A stretch of DNA of 64,000 nt from assembly GCA_050008715.1 (NCBI GenBank), contig JBEKMC010000005.1:2473-66472 (forward strand). Reading direction: 5' to 3'. Below, piece by piece: positions 49,021 to 58,857 of the stretch (the first letter of the stretch is position 1; each line of letters starts with the position of its first letter). The stretch comes from Acidimicrobiales bacterium. GTDB lineage: Bacteria; Actinomycetota; Acidimicrobiia; Acidimicrobiales; Bog-793. The notes under the pieces were generated by a model. It saw only the letters and a list, made by a program, of their open reading frames with translations, had not been told where the DNA came from and did not search any database. The translations under genes and the position numbers were made by a program.

Positions 49021-50631
49021 TTGGCTCTAGCAGGCGCGACCGGATTCGAGCAGGTCCGCGCGAAGTCGTCGCCGTCGCCTCCGCGGCACGCCCACAGGTG
49101 GGCCGCGCTGATGGTGATGTGCTCGTCCGTTGTCATCGTCAATCTGGACAACACCATTCTCAACGTCGCCCTCCCCACGCTCGTACGGACGCTGCATGCC
49201 ACCTCGAGCCAGCTGCAGTGGATCGTCGACTCGTACGCCATGGTGTTCGCGGGTCTCGTCCTCGTCGGCGGAAGCCTTGCTGACCGCCTCGGGCGCAAGC
49301 GATTCTTCCTCATCGGCCTGACCATCTTCGCCGGTGGATCGGTGGGCGCGGCGTTGTCGGGATCAGTGGATCTGCTCATCGCATGTCGGGCTCTCATGGG
49401 TGTCGGTGCGGCGTTGACGATGCCGGCGACGCTGGCGATCATCAACGACATCTTTCGGGATCCGGCCGAGCGGGCTCGAGCTATCGGCGCCTGGGCAGGG
49501 TCCGCCGGACTCGGTCTCGCCATCGGCCCGATCGCCGGCGGCCTGTTGCTCGCCAAGTTCTGGTGGGGCTCGGTGTTTCTCGTCAATGTCCCGATCGTGA
49601 TTGCTGCACTCGTTGGGGCCTCCGTGCTGGTGCCGGACTCGAAGAACCCGGCGGCGGCGCGGCCGGATCCGGGCGGGGCGCTCTTGTCGATCACCGGCCT
49701 GGGTCTGCTCCTGTGGGCGATCATCGAAGCTCCGGCGCTGGGCTGGACCTCGGGCACTGTCATTGCGGTCGGAGCGGGCAGCATCGCTGTGCTCGGCGGC
49801 TTCGTCGCGTGGGAGGCGCGCAGCCGCCACCCGATGCTGAAGCTTCGCTTCTTTCGCGATCGTCGCTTCTCCTTCGCCGCGGCCGGGGAGTCTCTCGGGA
49901 TCTTCGGACTGATGGGAACTCTGTTCGTACAGACTCAGTTTCTCCAATTCGACCTCGGCTTCTCGCCTCTGCAAGCAGGGATCCGTATCCTCCCGACTGC
50001 GATCACCCTCGTCGTCAGTGCCGCCCTGTCGCCAATCGTCGCCCGACTCATCGGGGTCAAGTTGACGGTCGCCGGCGGACTGGCTGCGATCGCCGGCGGT
50101 CTCTGGCAGGTCGCGACTGTGTCAGCGCCCAGCACGACCTACGGCCAGATCGTCCCGGGTCTGCTGCTGATCGGCCTGGGAGCCGGGCTCTTGATGCCGA
50201 CGGCGACGAACTCCGTCGTCGGATCGGTCCCCCGGGGCGACGCTGGGGTCGGATCGGCCACCAACGTCGTAGCGATCCAGGTCGGCGGGGCGCTCGGTGT
50301 CGCCGTTGTCGGAAGCGTGTTGTCAACCCGCTACCGCGACCACATGACCGCAGCGCTAGTCGGTCAACATGTGCCCAAGGCCGTCACCGACACCATCATC
50401 GGCTCCCTGGGCGGAGCCCTTGTCGTGGCCAGCAGAGTGGGCGGCACTACCGCCGCCTTGCTGGCACACGCTGCCCGTGTTGCGTTCATGGCCGGAACGA
50501 AGACGTCGCTCGCCGTTGGCGCCGCCGTCGCTCTCGGGGGAGCCGTGGTCGTGCTCGCCCGGCTGCCATCGGGAACCCTTGCGGCGAAGAACGCCTCGGC
50601 GCCGCCAATGGAAGAGGAATTCGACCAATGA
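49021..50631 (+). CDS. DHA2 (EmrB/QacA) MFS transporter
   Basis: LDNTILNVALP, LQWIVDSY, LADRLGRKR, WWGSVFLVNVP; start uncertain. Confidence 0.92.
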   Translation: MALAGATGFEQVRAKSSPSPPRHAHRWAALMVMCSSVVIVNLDNTILNVALPTLVRTLHATSSQLQWIVDSYAMVFAGLVLVGGSLADRLGRKRFFLIGLTIFAGGSVGAALSGSVDLLIACRALMGVGAALTMPATLAIINDIFRDPAERARAIGAWAGSAGLGLAIGPIAGGLLLAKFWWGSVFLVNVPIVIAALVGASVLVPDSKNPAAARPDPGGALLSITGLGLLLWAIIEAPALGWTSGTVIAVGAGSIAVLGGFVAWEARSRHPMLKLRFFRDRRFSFAAAGESLGIFGLMGTLFVQTQFLQFDLGFSPLQAGIRILPTAITLVVSAALSPIVARLIGVKLTVAGGLAAIAGGLWQVATVSAPSTTYGQIVPGLLLIGLGAGLLMPTATNSVVGSVPRGDAGVGSATNVVAIQVGGALGVAVVGSVLSTRYRDHMTAALVGQHVPKAVTDTIIGSLGGALVVASRVGGTTAALLAHAARVAFMAGTKTSLAVGAAVALGGAVVVLARLPSGTLAAKNASAPPMEEEFDQ

Positions 50632-50701
50632 CGAGTCACGGAGTCCAACACAGCGGCCATCGTGTCCGTGCATACGAGGTCTGCAAGACAAGGAGGTCGA
50701 C

Positions 50702-51076
50702 ATGACCGAGGGTGACAGCGGAGCAAGATGGAATGTGGCCGAGTGGCGCGGCAAGATGCTCGTCGATCGCAACGGCGAGAAGATCGGCAAACTCCAAGAC
50801 GTCTATGTCGATGTCGAGACCGACGAGCCGCAGTTCGCCACCGTCAAGGAAGGCCTCATCGGCCGCCACCTGACATTCGTGCCACTGGGAGGGATTCAGA
50901 TCGGTCCGGATGACCTGCGGGTCAGCGTCACCAGGGAGCAGGTCCGGTCTGCGCCCGACATCGAGCTGCACGGTGAGGAGCTCTCGCAGGCGGACGAATC
51001 GGCCCTGTACCACCACTTCGAGCAGAACTACACCGCGATTGACACCGAGAGCGGGCGGCGCCTCGCCCGCCGCTGA
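50702..51076 (+). CDS. PRC-barrel domain protein
   Basis: AAGGAGG RBS; VDRNGEKIGK..DVYVD, FVPL. Confidence 0.88.
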   Translation: MTEGDSGARWNVAEWRGKMLVDRNGEKIGKLQDVYVDVETDEPQFATVKEGLIGRHLTFVPLGGIQIGPDDLRVSVTREQVRSAPDIELHGEELSQADESALYHHFEQNYTAIDTESGRRLARR

Positions 51077-51541
51077 AACTCGTCGGGACGGCCGACCGTA
51101 GGTGGCGTCCTGCCCGAACCAGGCGTCTCTTAGATCAATCCGCCAAGCGCCACGCCTGAGACCGCACGCGAGAAGAGCTAGGTGTAGGGTCATCGCGTCT
51201 CAGCTGGCGCGAGTCCTCTCCGAGTATGGGGGGAGATCGGCGGTTCCCATGGAACCGGACATCGCAGGGCAGGATCGTGTCGCGGCGGTCAGCGCGGCGC
51301 TGCGAACCACCACACTGCCCCGACGGTGGTGCGCTCCGTGGCGGTCGTCCGCTCCCGTACACCCGAGGGGACCGCCGAGATCGCAGTCGATTCCGGCGCC
51401 AACCACGTGAGGGTGATCTCGAAGGTGGACCTGGTAGCCGACACCCGCCTGCTCCCGTATGGCAGCAAACGCCGTGCCTCGCTACCAAGCCCGGTACCGA
51501 CGCTCTCGAAGACTAGGACTACGTGAACCGAGGAGAACAGC

Positions 51542-52282
51542 ATGGATGAGCATCGGGTGGCATTGGTGACCGGCGGGACGCGAGGGATCGGCGCGGCCAT
51601 TATCGGAGCGCTGGCCGCCGACGACATCCACGTAGCTGCCGGATACAGCAGGAACCGGGCGGCGGCTGACGACATGGCCGCCACACTGGCGGCAACAGGT
51701 CGTGCCGTCTCTTTGCACCAGGGCAACGTCGGAGTGCCGGAGGACTGCGAGCGGGTCGTCGACGAAGTCCTCGAACAACACGGCCATATCGACTATCTGG
51801 TCAACAACGCCGGTATCACTGTCGACAAGACCATGCGCAACATGAGCGTGGACGACTGGCACGCGGTGCTGCGTGTCAACCTTTCCGGTGCCTTCTACAT
51901 GTCCAAGGCCATCCTGGAGCACATGATCGGTCGCGGTTTCGGTCGCATCGTCAACATCAGTTCCATCATCGGTGAAACCGGCAGCGTCGGTCAGGCCAAC
52001 TACGCCGCCTCCAAATCCGGTCTGTTCGGGCTCACCAAGAGCCTGGCCCTCGAAACGGCCCGCAAGGGCATCACCGTGAACTGCGTCGCCCCCGGCTTCA
52101 TCGACACGGAGATGGTTGCAGCCGTCCCCAAAGAGGTCCTGGACCGGGTCGTCGCCACCATCCCCATGCGCCGGCTGGGCCACCCTGACGAGATCGCCCA
52201 CGCCGTGCGGTTCCTGCTCCAAGACGGCGCCGGTTACATAACCGGCAGCGTGCTCTCCGTCAACGGCGGCATGGAAATGTGA
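51542..52282 (+). CDS. phaB: Acetoacetyl-CoA reductase (PhaB/FabG-type SDR)
   Basis: TGGTRGIG, NNAGIT.D, GQANYAASK, PGFIDTEMV; PHA gene context. Confidence 0.8.
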   Translation: MDEHRVALVTGGTRGIGAAIIGALAADDIHVAAGYSRNRAAADDMAATLAATGRAVSLHQGNVGVPEDCERVVDEVLEQHGHIDYLVNNAGITVDKTMRNMSVDDWHAVLRVNLSGAFYMSKAILEHMIGRGFGRIVNISSIIGETGSVGQANYAASKSGLFGLTKSLALETARKGITVNCVAPGFIDTEMVAAVPKEVLDRVVATIPMRRLGHPDEIAHAVRFLLQDGAGYITGSVLSVNGGMEM

Positions 52283-52379
52283 GCCGACCCAGCGAGCGTC
52301 TCGGCGAGACCTGGCCGGGACACGGCGGCTTGCGTATCGCTGACATCAGGCATTCGAGTCGCAAACAAAGGACGCGCAC

Positions 52380-54329
52380 GTGCAGCCATTCATCGTTAAC
52401 CGTCATGACCGAATCGTGTTTCCCTCGAACTTCATCCCAGAGCTGGACTTGTCTGTCATGCACAGCCTCGAACAACTCGACAGCGTGATCAGGCGCGACT
52501 TCGAAGTGAAGGCTCCTACGGGCACAGACATCCTCAACCGGGTCGAGGACGGTGCCTACGCCAGTCGATATGAGCTGATGCGCGACGTCGCATTGAACCT
52601 CTTCTGGACCACTCGCTTTACGATGACTTTGTACGAGAAGCGTCCCACCCGCTGGTCTGACGTGCCACGCTCCCGCAGTGACGTATTCCTGCCGATCCTG
52701 ACCCCATGGGAAGACGGTGACCGCAAGGTTGCCGCTGTGCAGAGTGCCTACGAGGCTTTGCCGCCGACGTGGGACCGCGAGGTCGAGGACCGTATATTCG
52801 GGATCCTCTTCGACGTCTTCGGGCACCGCAAGCACCATGCCACCGATCTACCGACGATCCCACCCACGGTCGCAGAGACCCTTTCCGATCCCACCAACCT
52901 CACGCTACGGCTGCCCAGCTACGACGCCGACTACCCGGTCTTCGCTTTCACCGACATCGCCGACTGCAACGAGGACGTCGCTGAGCTCGAGGCCCTGAAC
53001 CGCTGGGCCATGGTGCTGCACAACCAGTACCCGTGGAGCCGCGCCGAGACTGAGCTCATCGAAGTCGGCCAGTTGAGCGACAACGACTTCGTCGTGCTCT
53101 TCCACCCACGCGACCAAGAGGTCCGACACTTTCTTCGACGCCTCGGCGCAGGCGAGGCACCGAAGTTCGCCTCGGCGGCCAAAGAGGCCACCCGGCCAGT
53201 CAGGCCCTACCCACCCGTGAACGTGCGGACGCACTTCTCGGTGATGCCCCGAATCGAGGCGCTGGCCGTGGTCCACGGAGATCGGGTCTGCACCAATGAG
53301 GACCTGATCCGCAACGCGGCCTACAACTGGTCACCCATGGCGGCAGACGAGATCCGCGAGAAGACCGGTATCGAGCAACGCCGCTACACCTCGCACGGCC
53401 TCGAGGAGATCGCGCTGCAGGCGGCGCAAGGCGCGTTGGCGCACGCTGGGCGTGGACCCGGTGAGATCGGGGGGGTGCTCGTCTGCACGTGCACGAGCAC
53501 TCGCATGATTCCCTCGATAGCCACCTGGGTCTCTGGTCAACTGGGCATCTTCCAGACCCACGCGTCCTGCGACATCGTGGCGGCGTGTGCGGGGCTGCCG
53601 TACGGCTTGTCCGACGCTACGCGGATCCTCCAGGAGGTGCAGCGTCCCGTGCTTGTCCTGTGCGTTGAGAAATTCTCGGACAAGATCGGAAACGTCAGGC
53701 CCTCCCGCATGATCTTCGGTGATGGCGCCTCGGCCATCGTGCTTGGCGTTGCCCCGCCGGGTGAGCCGCCCGACATCGAGTACCTGCAGACGTACGCCAG
53801 CGGCCCGGCGAGCGAGGTGAACTCGATCATTTGGCCGAATCCCGCCTTCGACAACAACATCACGGTGTACGGACCGGAGGTCAAGGCGCTGGCCGGCCGC
53901 TACCTGGAACAGATGATCGACGAGCTGAAGGTGCTGCCCGATCCAGACGGAGTGAAGGCTTCGCTCCTCGAAAGCATCGACCTCATCGTGCCCCACCAGG
54001 CGAACAAGACGATGGTCAGCCAGCTTGCCACGCAGGCGGGCCTCTCCTCGGACAGCCTCTACTTCAACATCGAACAGGTCGGCAACGCCTCCTCGGCGAG
54101 CATCCCGCTGGCCATCCACGACGCCGTGCGCGACGGCGTCATCTCAGAGCCGGTGCGCATCTTCACTCCAGGCTTCGGGGCTGGTGCCGTGGCGGGATAC
54201 GTCGTGATGCGCATCGATCCGGCCGTCGTGGCAATCGCCCCTGGCTCGCCGACGACCGAGGGCGCTGCGTCTTTCGGCAGCACGCGTGCCGAGTCCTCGT
54301 CAGAAGACGTGCGGCTGGCGTTCGGGTAG
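52380..54329 (+). CDS. FabH/KAS III-like condensing enzyme with ~290-aa N-terminal extension
   Basis: Cys-His-Asn triad: AACAG, PHQAN, GNASSAS; FGDGA, GFGAG. Confidence 0.85.
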   Translation: MQPFIVNRHDRIVFPSNFIPELDLSVMHSLEQLDSVIRRDFEVKAPTGTDILNRVEDGAYASRYELMRDVALNLFWTTRFTMTLYEKRPTRWSDVPRSRSDVFLPILTPWEDGDRKVAAVQSAYEALPPTWDREVEDRIFGILFDVFGHRKHHATDLPTIPPTVAETLSDPTNLTLRLPSYDADYPVFAFTDIADCNEDVAELEALNRWAMVLHNQYPWSRAETELIEVGQLSDNDFVVLFHPRDQEVRHFLRRLGAGEAPKFASAAKEATRPVRPYPPVNVRTHFSVMPRIEALAVVHGDRVCTNEDLIRNAAYNWSPMAADEIREKTGIEQRRYTSHGLEEIALQAAQGALAHAGRGPGEIGGVLVCTCTSTRMIPSIATWVSGQLGIFQTHASCDIVAACAGLPYGLSDATRILQEVQRPVLVLCVEKFSDKIGNVRPSRMIFGDGASAIVLGVAPPGEPPDIEYLQTYASGPASEVNSIIWPNPAFDNNITVYGPEVKALAGRYLEQMIDELKVLPDPDGVKASLLESIDLIVPHQANKTMVSQLATQAGLSSDSLYFNIEQVGNASSASIPLAIHDAVRDGVISEPVRIFTPGFGAGAVAGYVVMRIDPAVVAIAPGSPTTEGAASFGSTRAESSSEDVRLAFG

Positions 54330-54353
54330 GCGAGGCGGCCGGGGACGTCGTCG

Positions 54354-55268
54354 TTAGGAAGTCTCCGAGAGTGCCTTGGCGATGATCGTGGTCTCTTCGT
54401 CGAGCGACGACGGCTCGTGCAGTCGATCGACGTCCACTTGGTCGATGAGCGAGAAATTGGCACGAATGGCTTCGGGAGTGTTCTCGGCGAGCACGACGCC
54501 GTGCGTCTCCGCCACGAGGATCCTGGCGATCCGGCCGCCGGCCACGGAGTAGACGTGACCACTGACGGCGCATTCCTCGTGAGCGAGGTAGGCGACGAGA
54601 GGGCTCACGGACTCGGGCGAGACCTTGGCAGCCAGGTCACCCAAGATGTCCTCGGTCATTCGGGTGGAGGCGATCGGAGCGATGGCGTTGACGTTGATCC
54701 CGTGGCCGGCACCCTCGAGGGCGAGGACGCGGGTTAACCCGGCCAGGCCGGACTTGGCCGCGCCATAGTTGGCCTGACCGAAGTTGCCGAACAGGCCGGA
54801 GGCGGAGGTGGTGTTGACGATGCGGCCATACCCTTGCCGGCGCATCAGGCAGAAGGCCGGCTGACTGACGTAGAAGGCTCCCTTGAGGTGGACGTCGATC
54901 ACCGTGTCGATCATCGTGTCGTCCATCTTGTGGAAGGCCTTGTCCCGCAGGATGCCTGCGTTGTTGATCACGATGTCGACTCGCCCGAAAGCGTCCAGCG
55001 CGGCCTGCACGATGGCATGCCCACCTGTTGCGGTAGCCACGCTGTCGTGGTTCGGCGCCGCTGTTCCACCAAATGCGGCGATCTCGTCGACGACTCGATC
55101 TGCAGCCGACATCGAAGAACCGCTACCGTCGAGTGCGCCGCCCAGGTCGTTCACCAAGATGCGGGCTCCACGACGAGCGAGCTCGAGCGCGTGGGAACGC
55201 CCGAGACCGCCGCCGGCTCCGGTGATGATGGCTACACGTCCGTCAAAGCGCAGATCGGTCATGGTCAT
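54354..55268 (-). CDS. MFE-2-like (3R)-hydroxyacyl-CoA dehydrogenase SDR
   Basis: TGAGGGLG, VNDLG, NNAGILRD, GNFGQANYGAAK. Confidence 0.88.
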   Translation of the reverse strand: MTMTDLRFDGRVAIITGAGGGLGRSHALELARRGARILVNDLGGALDGSGSSMSAADRVVDEIAAFGGTAAPNHDSVATATGGHAIVQAALDAFGRVDIVINNAGILRDKAFHKMDDTMIDTVIDVHLKGAFYVSQPAFCLMRRQGYGRIVNTTSASGLFGNFGQANYGAAKSGLAGLTRVLALEGAGHGINVNAIAPIASTRMTEDILGDLAAKVSPESVSPLVAYLAHEECAVSGHVYSVAGGRIARILVAETHGVVLAENTPEAIRANFSLIDQVDVDRLHEPSSLDEETTIIAKALSETS

Positions 55269-55391
55269 GTCCTTCGTCGTCGAGGTTGGCGGCTCCGGCG
55301 GGCTGCAGGCCGAACCGACATAGTTGTTGGCGTGTGCCCGCGCGCACAAACTCGGTCGGCAGTGCACCCGACCGACGAGCTCCGGAGAACG

Positions 55392-56216
55392 TCATGGCCG
55401 CTGGCCGATCATGTCTTCTGTCGGCAGCGCATCCTGGCCGACAGCCGCGTGACTCCAGCGCTCAGCCGCGTGCTTGCCGGACACGACGGCTACCGGTCCG
55501 AGGAAGTCCTCGACGGCACGCGCCAACAGCCTCGCCGGTTCGGGACGCTGTAGGTTGTGGCCCCCGGCCAGCATGACGAACGAGGCGTTGGGGATCCTTC
55601 GTGCCAAGAGGCGGCTGTTGGCGGGAGGAACGAGGCGGTCGTGGGCCCCGCACACGACGAGTGTGCGGGCTGTGATGGCCCCCAGGAACGGGATGCTCGA
55701 CCAGCTCGCGAACGCCAACGACTGCGACAACAGGCTCCAGGCATCGGGGCGCCGCCAGGCGTTGCCGTCATCGGGCATCTCGAGATCACGCAGCAGGACG
55801 CCCCTGCTGCCGGGCGTGGCCCCTATCCCGCACGAGGTGGCGACGAGGACCAACCGGCGCAGCCTGTTCGGGGCGTCGCAAGCGAGCTGCTGAGCAACGG
55901 CACCCCCGTGGGAGAACCCGAGAACGTCTGCGTCATCAAAGCCAGCGGCGTCGAGCACCGCCACCGCCAGCTCAGCCAGCCCGGCTATCGATACGGGAAG
56001 AACCGGCGTGGCGCTGGCACCGACGCCCGGTGCGTCGAAGCTGACGACGGTTCGCCCGGTCAGCTGCCGAGAGAACGGCTCCCAGCTCTCGAGCGGACGA
56101 GACATCCCGTTGATCAGCAGCAGCGGATCGCCTTCGCCCCGGATCCGCACGGCGATCTGAAGCCCATGAACGCTCAACAGCATCGAGTCGACGTCGCTCG
56201 ATCGAGACCGGCTCAT
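55392..56216 (-). CDS. phaZ: Alpha/beta hydrolase, probable PHA depolymerase
   Basis: LLLING, FDAPGVG, GFSHGG nucleophile elbow; ATGA-coupled to phaC. Confidence 0.75.
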   Translation of the reverse strand: MSRSRSSDVDSMLLSVHGLQIAVRIRGEGDPLLLINGMSRPLESWEPFSRQLTGRTVVSFDAPGVGASATPVLPVSIAGLAELAVAVLDAAGFDDADVLGFSHGGAVAQQLACDAPNRLRRLVLVATSCGIGATPGSRGVLLRDLEMPDDGNAWRRPDAWSLLSQSLAFASWSSIPFLGAITARTLVVCGAHDRLVPPANSRLLARRIPNASFVMLAGGHNLQRPEPARLLARAVEDFLGPVAVVSGKHAAERWSHAAVGQDALPTEDMIGQRP

Positions 56217-57934
56217 GACTGGGCGCGTACGTAGCTCCCGGGCGCCGGCTCGATGGGCGGATGCTCCTTGCTGCCGAGCTCTCGCGGAGCCGCCACCTTG
56301 GGCCCACCCTGCCTGCCGATCCACTCGGTCCAGTCCTCCCACCACGTGCCATCTCGCAGCTGGGCCGATGCCTTCCACTCCTGCGGATCGGCCGGGTGGG
56401 CGTCGTTCGTCCAGTGCTTCGCTTTCGGGCTGGGTGGGTTGACGATTCCGGCGATGTGGCCGGACGTGCTGAGCACGAACCTGTTGTGACCGCCGAGCAG
56501 CTGCGTGGTCTTATAGCCAGAGACCCAAGGGACGATGTGGTCGTCGACCGCCGACAGGACGTAGGTGTCGACCTCGACCTTGCCGGGGTCGAGCTTCAGA
56601 CCGCCGACTACGAACTCTCCCCGGGCGAACTCATTGTGGAGGTAACACGACCGCAGGTACTCCGAGTGCATCTTGGCCGGCATCCGTGTGCTGTCCTTGT
56701 TCCACACGAGCAGGTCGAAAGCCGGCGGCTTCTTGCCGAGCAGCCAGTTGTTCTCGACGTACTGGAACACCAGGTCGTTGGCACGTAGCGCGTCGAAGGT
56801 GTGTGCCATCTTGTCGGAATCGAGAAAGCCTTGCTTGGCCATCTGCTTCTCGAGACCGGCGATGGTGGCCTCATCAGTGAAGACGCCGAGTTTGCCGGGA
56901 ACGGTGAAGTCGGTGTGCGTGTTCAGGAACGTGGCTGACTTGATCGAGCGATCGCCGATCGCTGCTTCGTAGGCCAGGCCGATCGCGGTGAGCGTCCCAC
57001 CGAGACAGACGGACAGAGTGTTGACCTCCGGTGCGCCGGTGATCTCGCGGACGACCCGGACGGCGTCCAAGGGCCCCTGCCGCAGGTAGTCCTCGAAACC
57101 CAGGTCACGCATCGTCGCATCCGGATTGCGGTAGCTGATGGCGAAGCAGGTGTGACCGTGCTGGACTGCCCACTCGATCAGGCTCTTCCCGGGCGCAAGA
57201 TCCATGATGTAGTACTTGTTGATCCACGGCGGGCAGAAGAGCAGCGGCACGGCGTGCACTCGCTTGACCTGCGGCTCGTACTGGATCAGCTCGATCAGGT
57301 CGCTCCGGTAGACGACGGCCCCGGGGGTAGCGGCCATGTTGACGCCGACCTCGAAACCGGAGGCGTCGACTTGCGACGGCCAACCGCCGTTGTGACGAAG
57401 GTCGTCCAACATGTTCTTCGCACCCCGGACCACGCTCTTGCCACCGGTGTCGAAGGCCTGCCGGATCGCAGCCGGGTTGCCGGGCAGGGTGTTGGAGGGC
57501 GCCAAGGCATCGAGGATGAACTTCGCCGCGAACCGTGCCTTGGTGTCCTGTTCGGGCTCCAGCCCGGCCGCGTCCAGCAGTTCGTTGACCAGCTGACAGC
57601 CCAGCAGGTATTGCTGTGCCATCAGGAAGTACAGGGGGTTGTGGGCGAAGGCGGGGTCGGCGAAGCGTTTGTCGCCAGGCGAGGGAGAGATGGGACCGGC
57701 CTGCTCGCCGCCCACAGCTCCAACCGCTGTTGCGCCGAGTGCTGCAGCCAGGCCGATCGTCAGCCGGGCGTTGGCGGCGAGAGCACCGGCCGGGTTTCTG
57801 ATCAGCGCGGCACCGGCGGCGGCGAGTGACCGCAAGAACGAGACCGGGTCGGCGGCCATCATCGGATCTTCCGACACGCCGAGCCGGTCGAGAATTGACG
57901 GCTCTTCTGACTCGGGACTCTGGGCTGGATTCAT
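56213..57934 (-). CDS. phaC: PHA synthase (class I/II type)
   Basis: DKRFADP, PPWINKYYIMDL, SVCLGG catalytic Cys, DDHIVPW, SGHIAG, WWEDW. Confidence 0.95.
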   Translation of the reverse strand: MNPAQSPESEEPSILDRLGVSEDPMMAADPVSFLRSLAAAGAALIRNPAGALAANARLTIGLAAALGATAVGAVGGEQAGPISPSPGDKRFADPAFAHNPLYFLMAQQYLLGCQLVNELLDAAGLEPEQDTKARFAAKFILDALAPSNTLPGNPAAIRQAFDTGGKSVVRGAKNMLDDLRHNGGWPSQVDASGFEVGVNMAATPGAVVYRSDLIELIQYEPQVKRVHAVPLLFCPPWINKYYIMDLAPGKSLIEWAVQHGHTCFAISYRNPDATMRDLGFEDYLRQGPLDAVRVVREITGAPEVNTLSVCLGGTLTAIGLAYEAAIGDRSIKSATFLNTHTDFTVPGKLGVFTDEATIAGLEKQMAKQGFLDSDKMAHTFDALRANDLVFQYVENNWLLGKKPPAFDLLVWNKDSTRMPAKMHSEYLRSCYLHNEFARGEFVVGGLKLDPGKVEVDTYVLSAVDDHIVPWVSGYKTTQLLGGHNRFVLSTSGHIAGIVNPPSPKAKHWTNDAHPADPQEWKASAQLRDGTWWEDWTEWIGRQGGPKVAAPRELGSKEHPPIEPAPGSYVRAQS

Positions 57935-57993
57935 GGTGTCCTTCCTCGGCGGTCTGTGAGCGAGGCAAGTCAATGCCCCACCAGCGGGTGGGT

Positions 57994-58356
57994 TCAGGAT
58001 TCTTGGTTGGCCTCGACATAGCTCCGGTAGACAGCGAGCAGCGCACGCCCTTGGGCCTCGGTGAGGCGTCGGTCGGCACGAATCGCCCGCTCGGTCGCCT
58101 CCTCATCCGGATTCTCGGCGTCACTGATCAGTCCGGCTTGCTGCAACAATGTCTCTGCGGACACGTTCAACGCGTCGGCGATCGACTTGAGCACTCGGAC
58201 GGACGGCTCGTGCAGCCCGCGTTCGAGTTGGCTCAAATAGGGGTTGGAGACTTCCGTCAGCGCCGACAGCTGGCGCAGCGACAGATTGGCCATCTGCCGC
58301 TGCACCCGAATGAACTCTCCCAGCATGCGCCGGGGATCGTTCTCTTTAGCTGTCAT
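57994..58356 (-). CDS. XRE-family HTH regulator (Rv0474-like)
   Basis: LGEFIR.QR..LSLRQL..VSNPYLSQLERG..PS. Confidence 0.9.
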   Translation of the reverse strand: MTAKENDPRRMLGEFIRVQRQMANLSLRQLSALTEVSNPYLSQLERGLHEPSVRVLKSIADALNVSAETLLQQAGLISDAENPDEEATERAIRADRRLTEAQGRALLAVYRSYVEANQES

Positions 58357-58396
58357 GAGCGCTTACGCCTGACTTGTGGCCGAACCCGGGCGTAGC

Positions 58397-58705
58397 TCAG
58401 GCCGACTTCGCGGCTACCAGTACCTTCGCGAGCTGCAAGGCGTAGTCGCGCTGCGAGTTCAGCAGGTCGGCGGCGACGTCGAACGTGAACTTGGTTGCGG
58501 CTTCCATGCCGGGAATGGCGGAGATGCCGGGAATGGCGGGCAGATCGGGGACGGGAAGAACCGAAACGGCCTTGACCCAGGTCTGAATGGCGTCGACCGA
58601 CATCTTCTGACCCTGCTGGACGGTGGACACCAACTGCTCGCGGATCTTCTCGGCGAAATCGGGCATCTCGGTCGTGGGTGTGGTCTTCGTGGTCGCTGTA
58701 ACCAT
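58397..58705 (-). CDS. Small amphipathic helical protein, probable phasin
   Basis: AAGGAG RBS; 102 aa; first gene of the phaC operon. Confidence 0.6.
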   Translation of the reverse strand: MVTATTKTTPTTEMPDFAEKIREQLVSTVQQGQKMSVDAIQTWVKAVSVLPVPDLPAIPGISAIPGMEAATKFTFDVAADLLNSQRDYALQLAKVLVAAKSA

Positions 58706-58757
58706 GGTGACTCCTTAGAGGTCTTCGAAAGTGCTCGGGGTTCCCGGCACAGTGCAC

Positions 58758-58789
58758 AGCATACACACCAGGTGCTTGATATGTCAAGC
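58758..58789 (-). promoter_or_regulatory. SigA promoter of phasin-XRE-phaC-phaZ operon with overlapping operator
   Basis: Minus strand TTGACA-N18-TATGCT; GCTTGA-TATG-TCAAGC palindrome at 58774-58789. Confidence 0.75.
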
Positions 58790-58857
58790 GACGGGTGGAG
58801 AAGAGCAAACCGGTCGGCGGTGAATCGATTCCTGCGACACTCGGCTGAACGACGGTG

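Noticed and set aside
51100-51480. Short ORFs between the PRC gene and phaB
   Set aside because: Probably decayed coding sequence, but no family could be assigned
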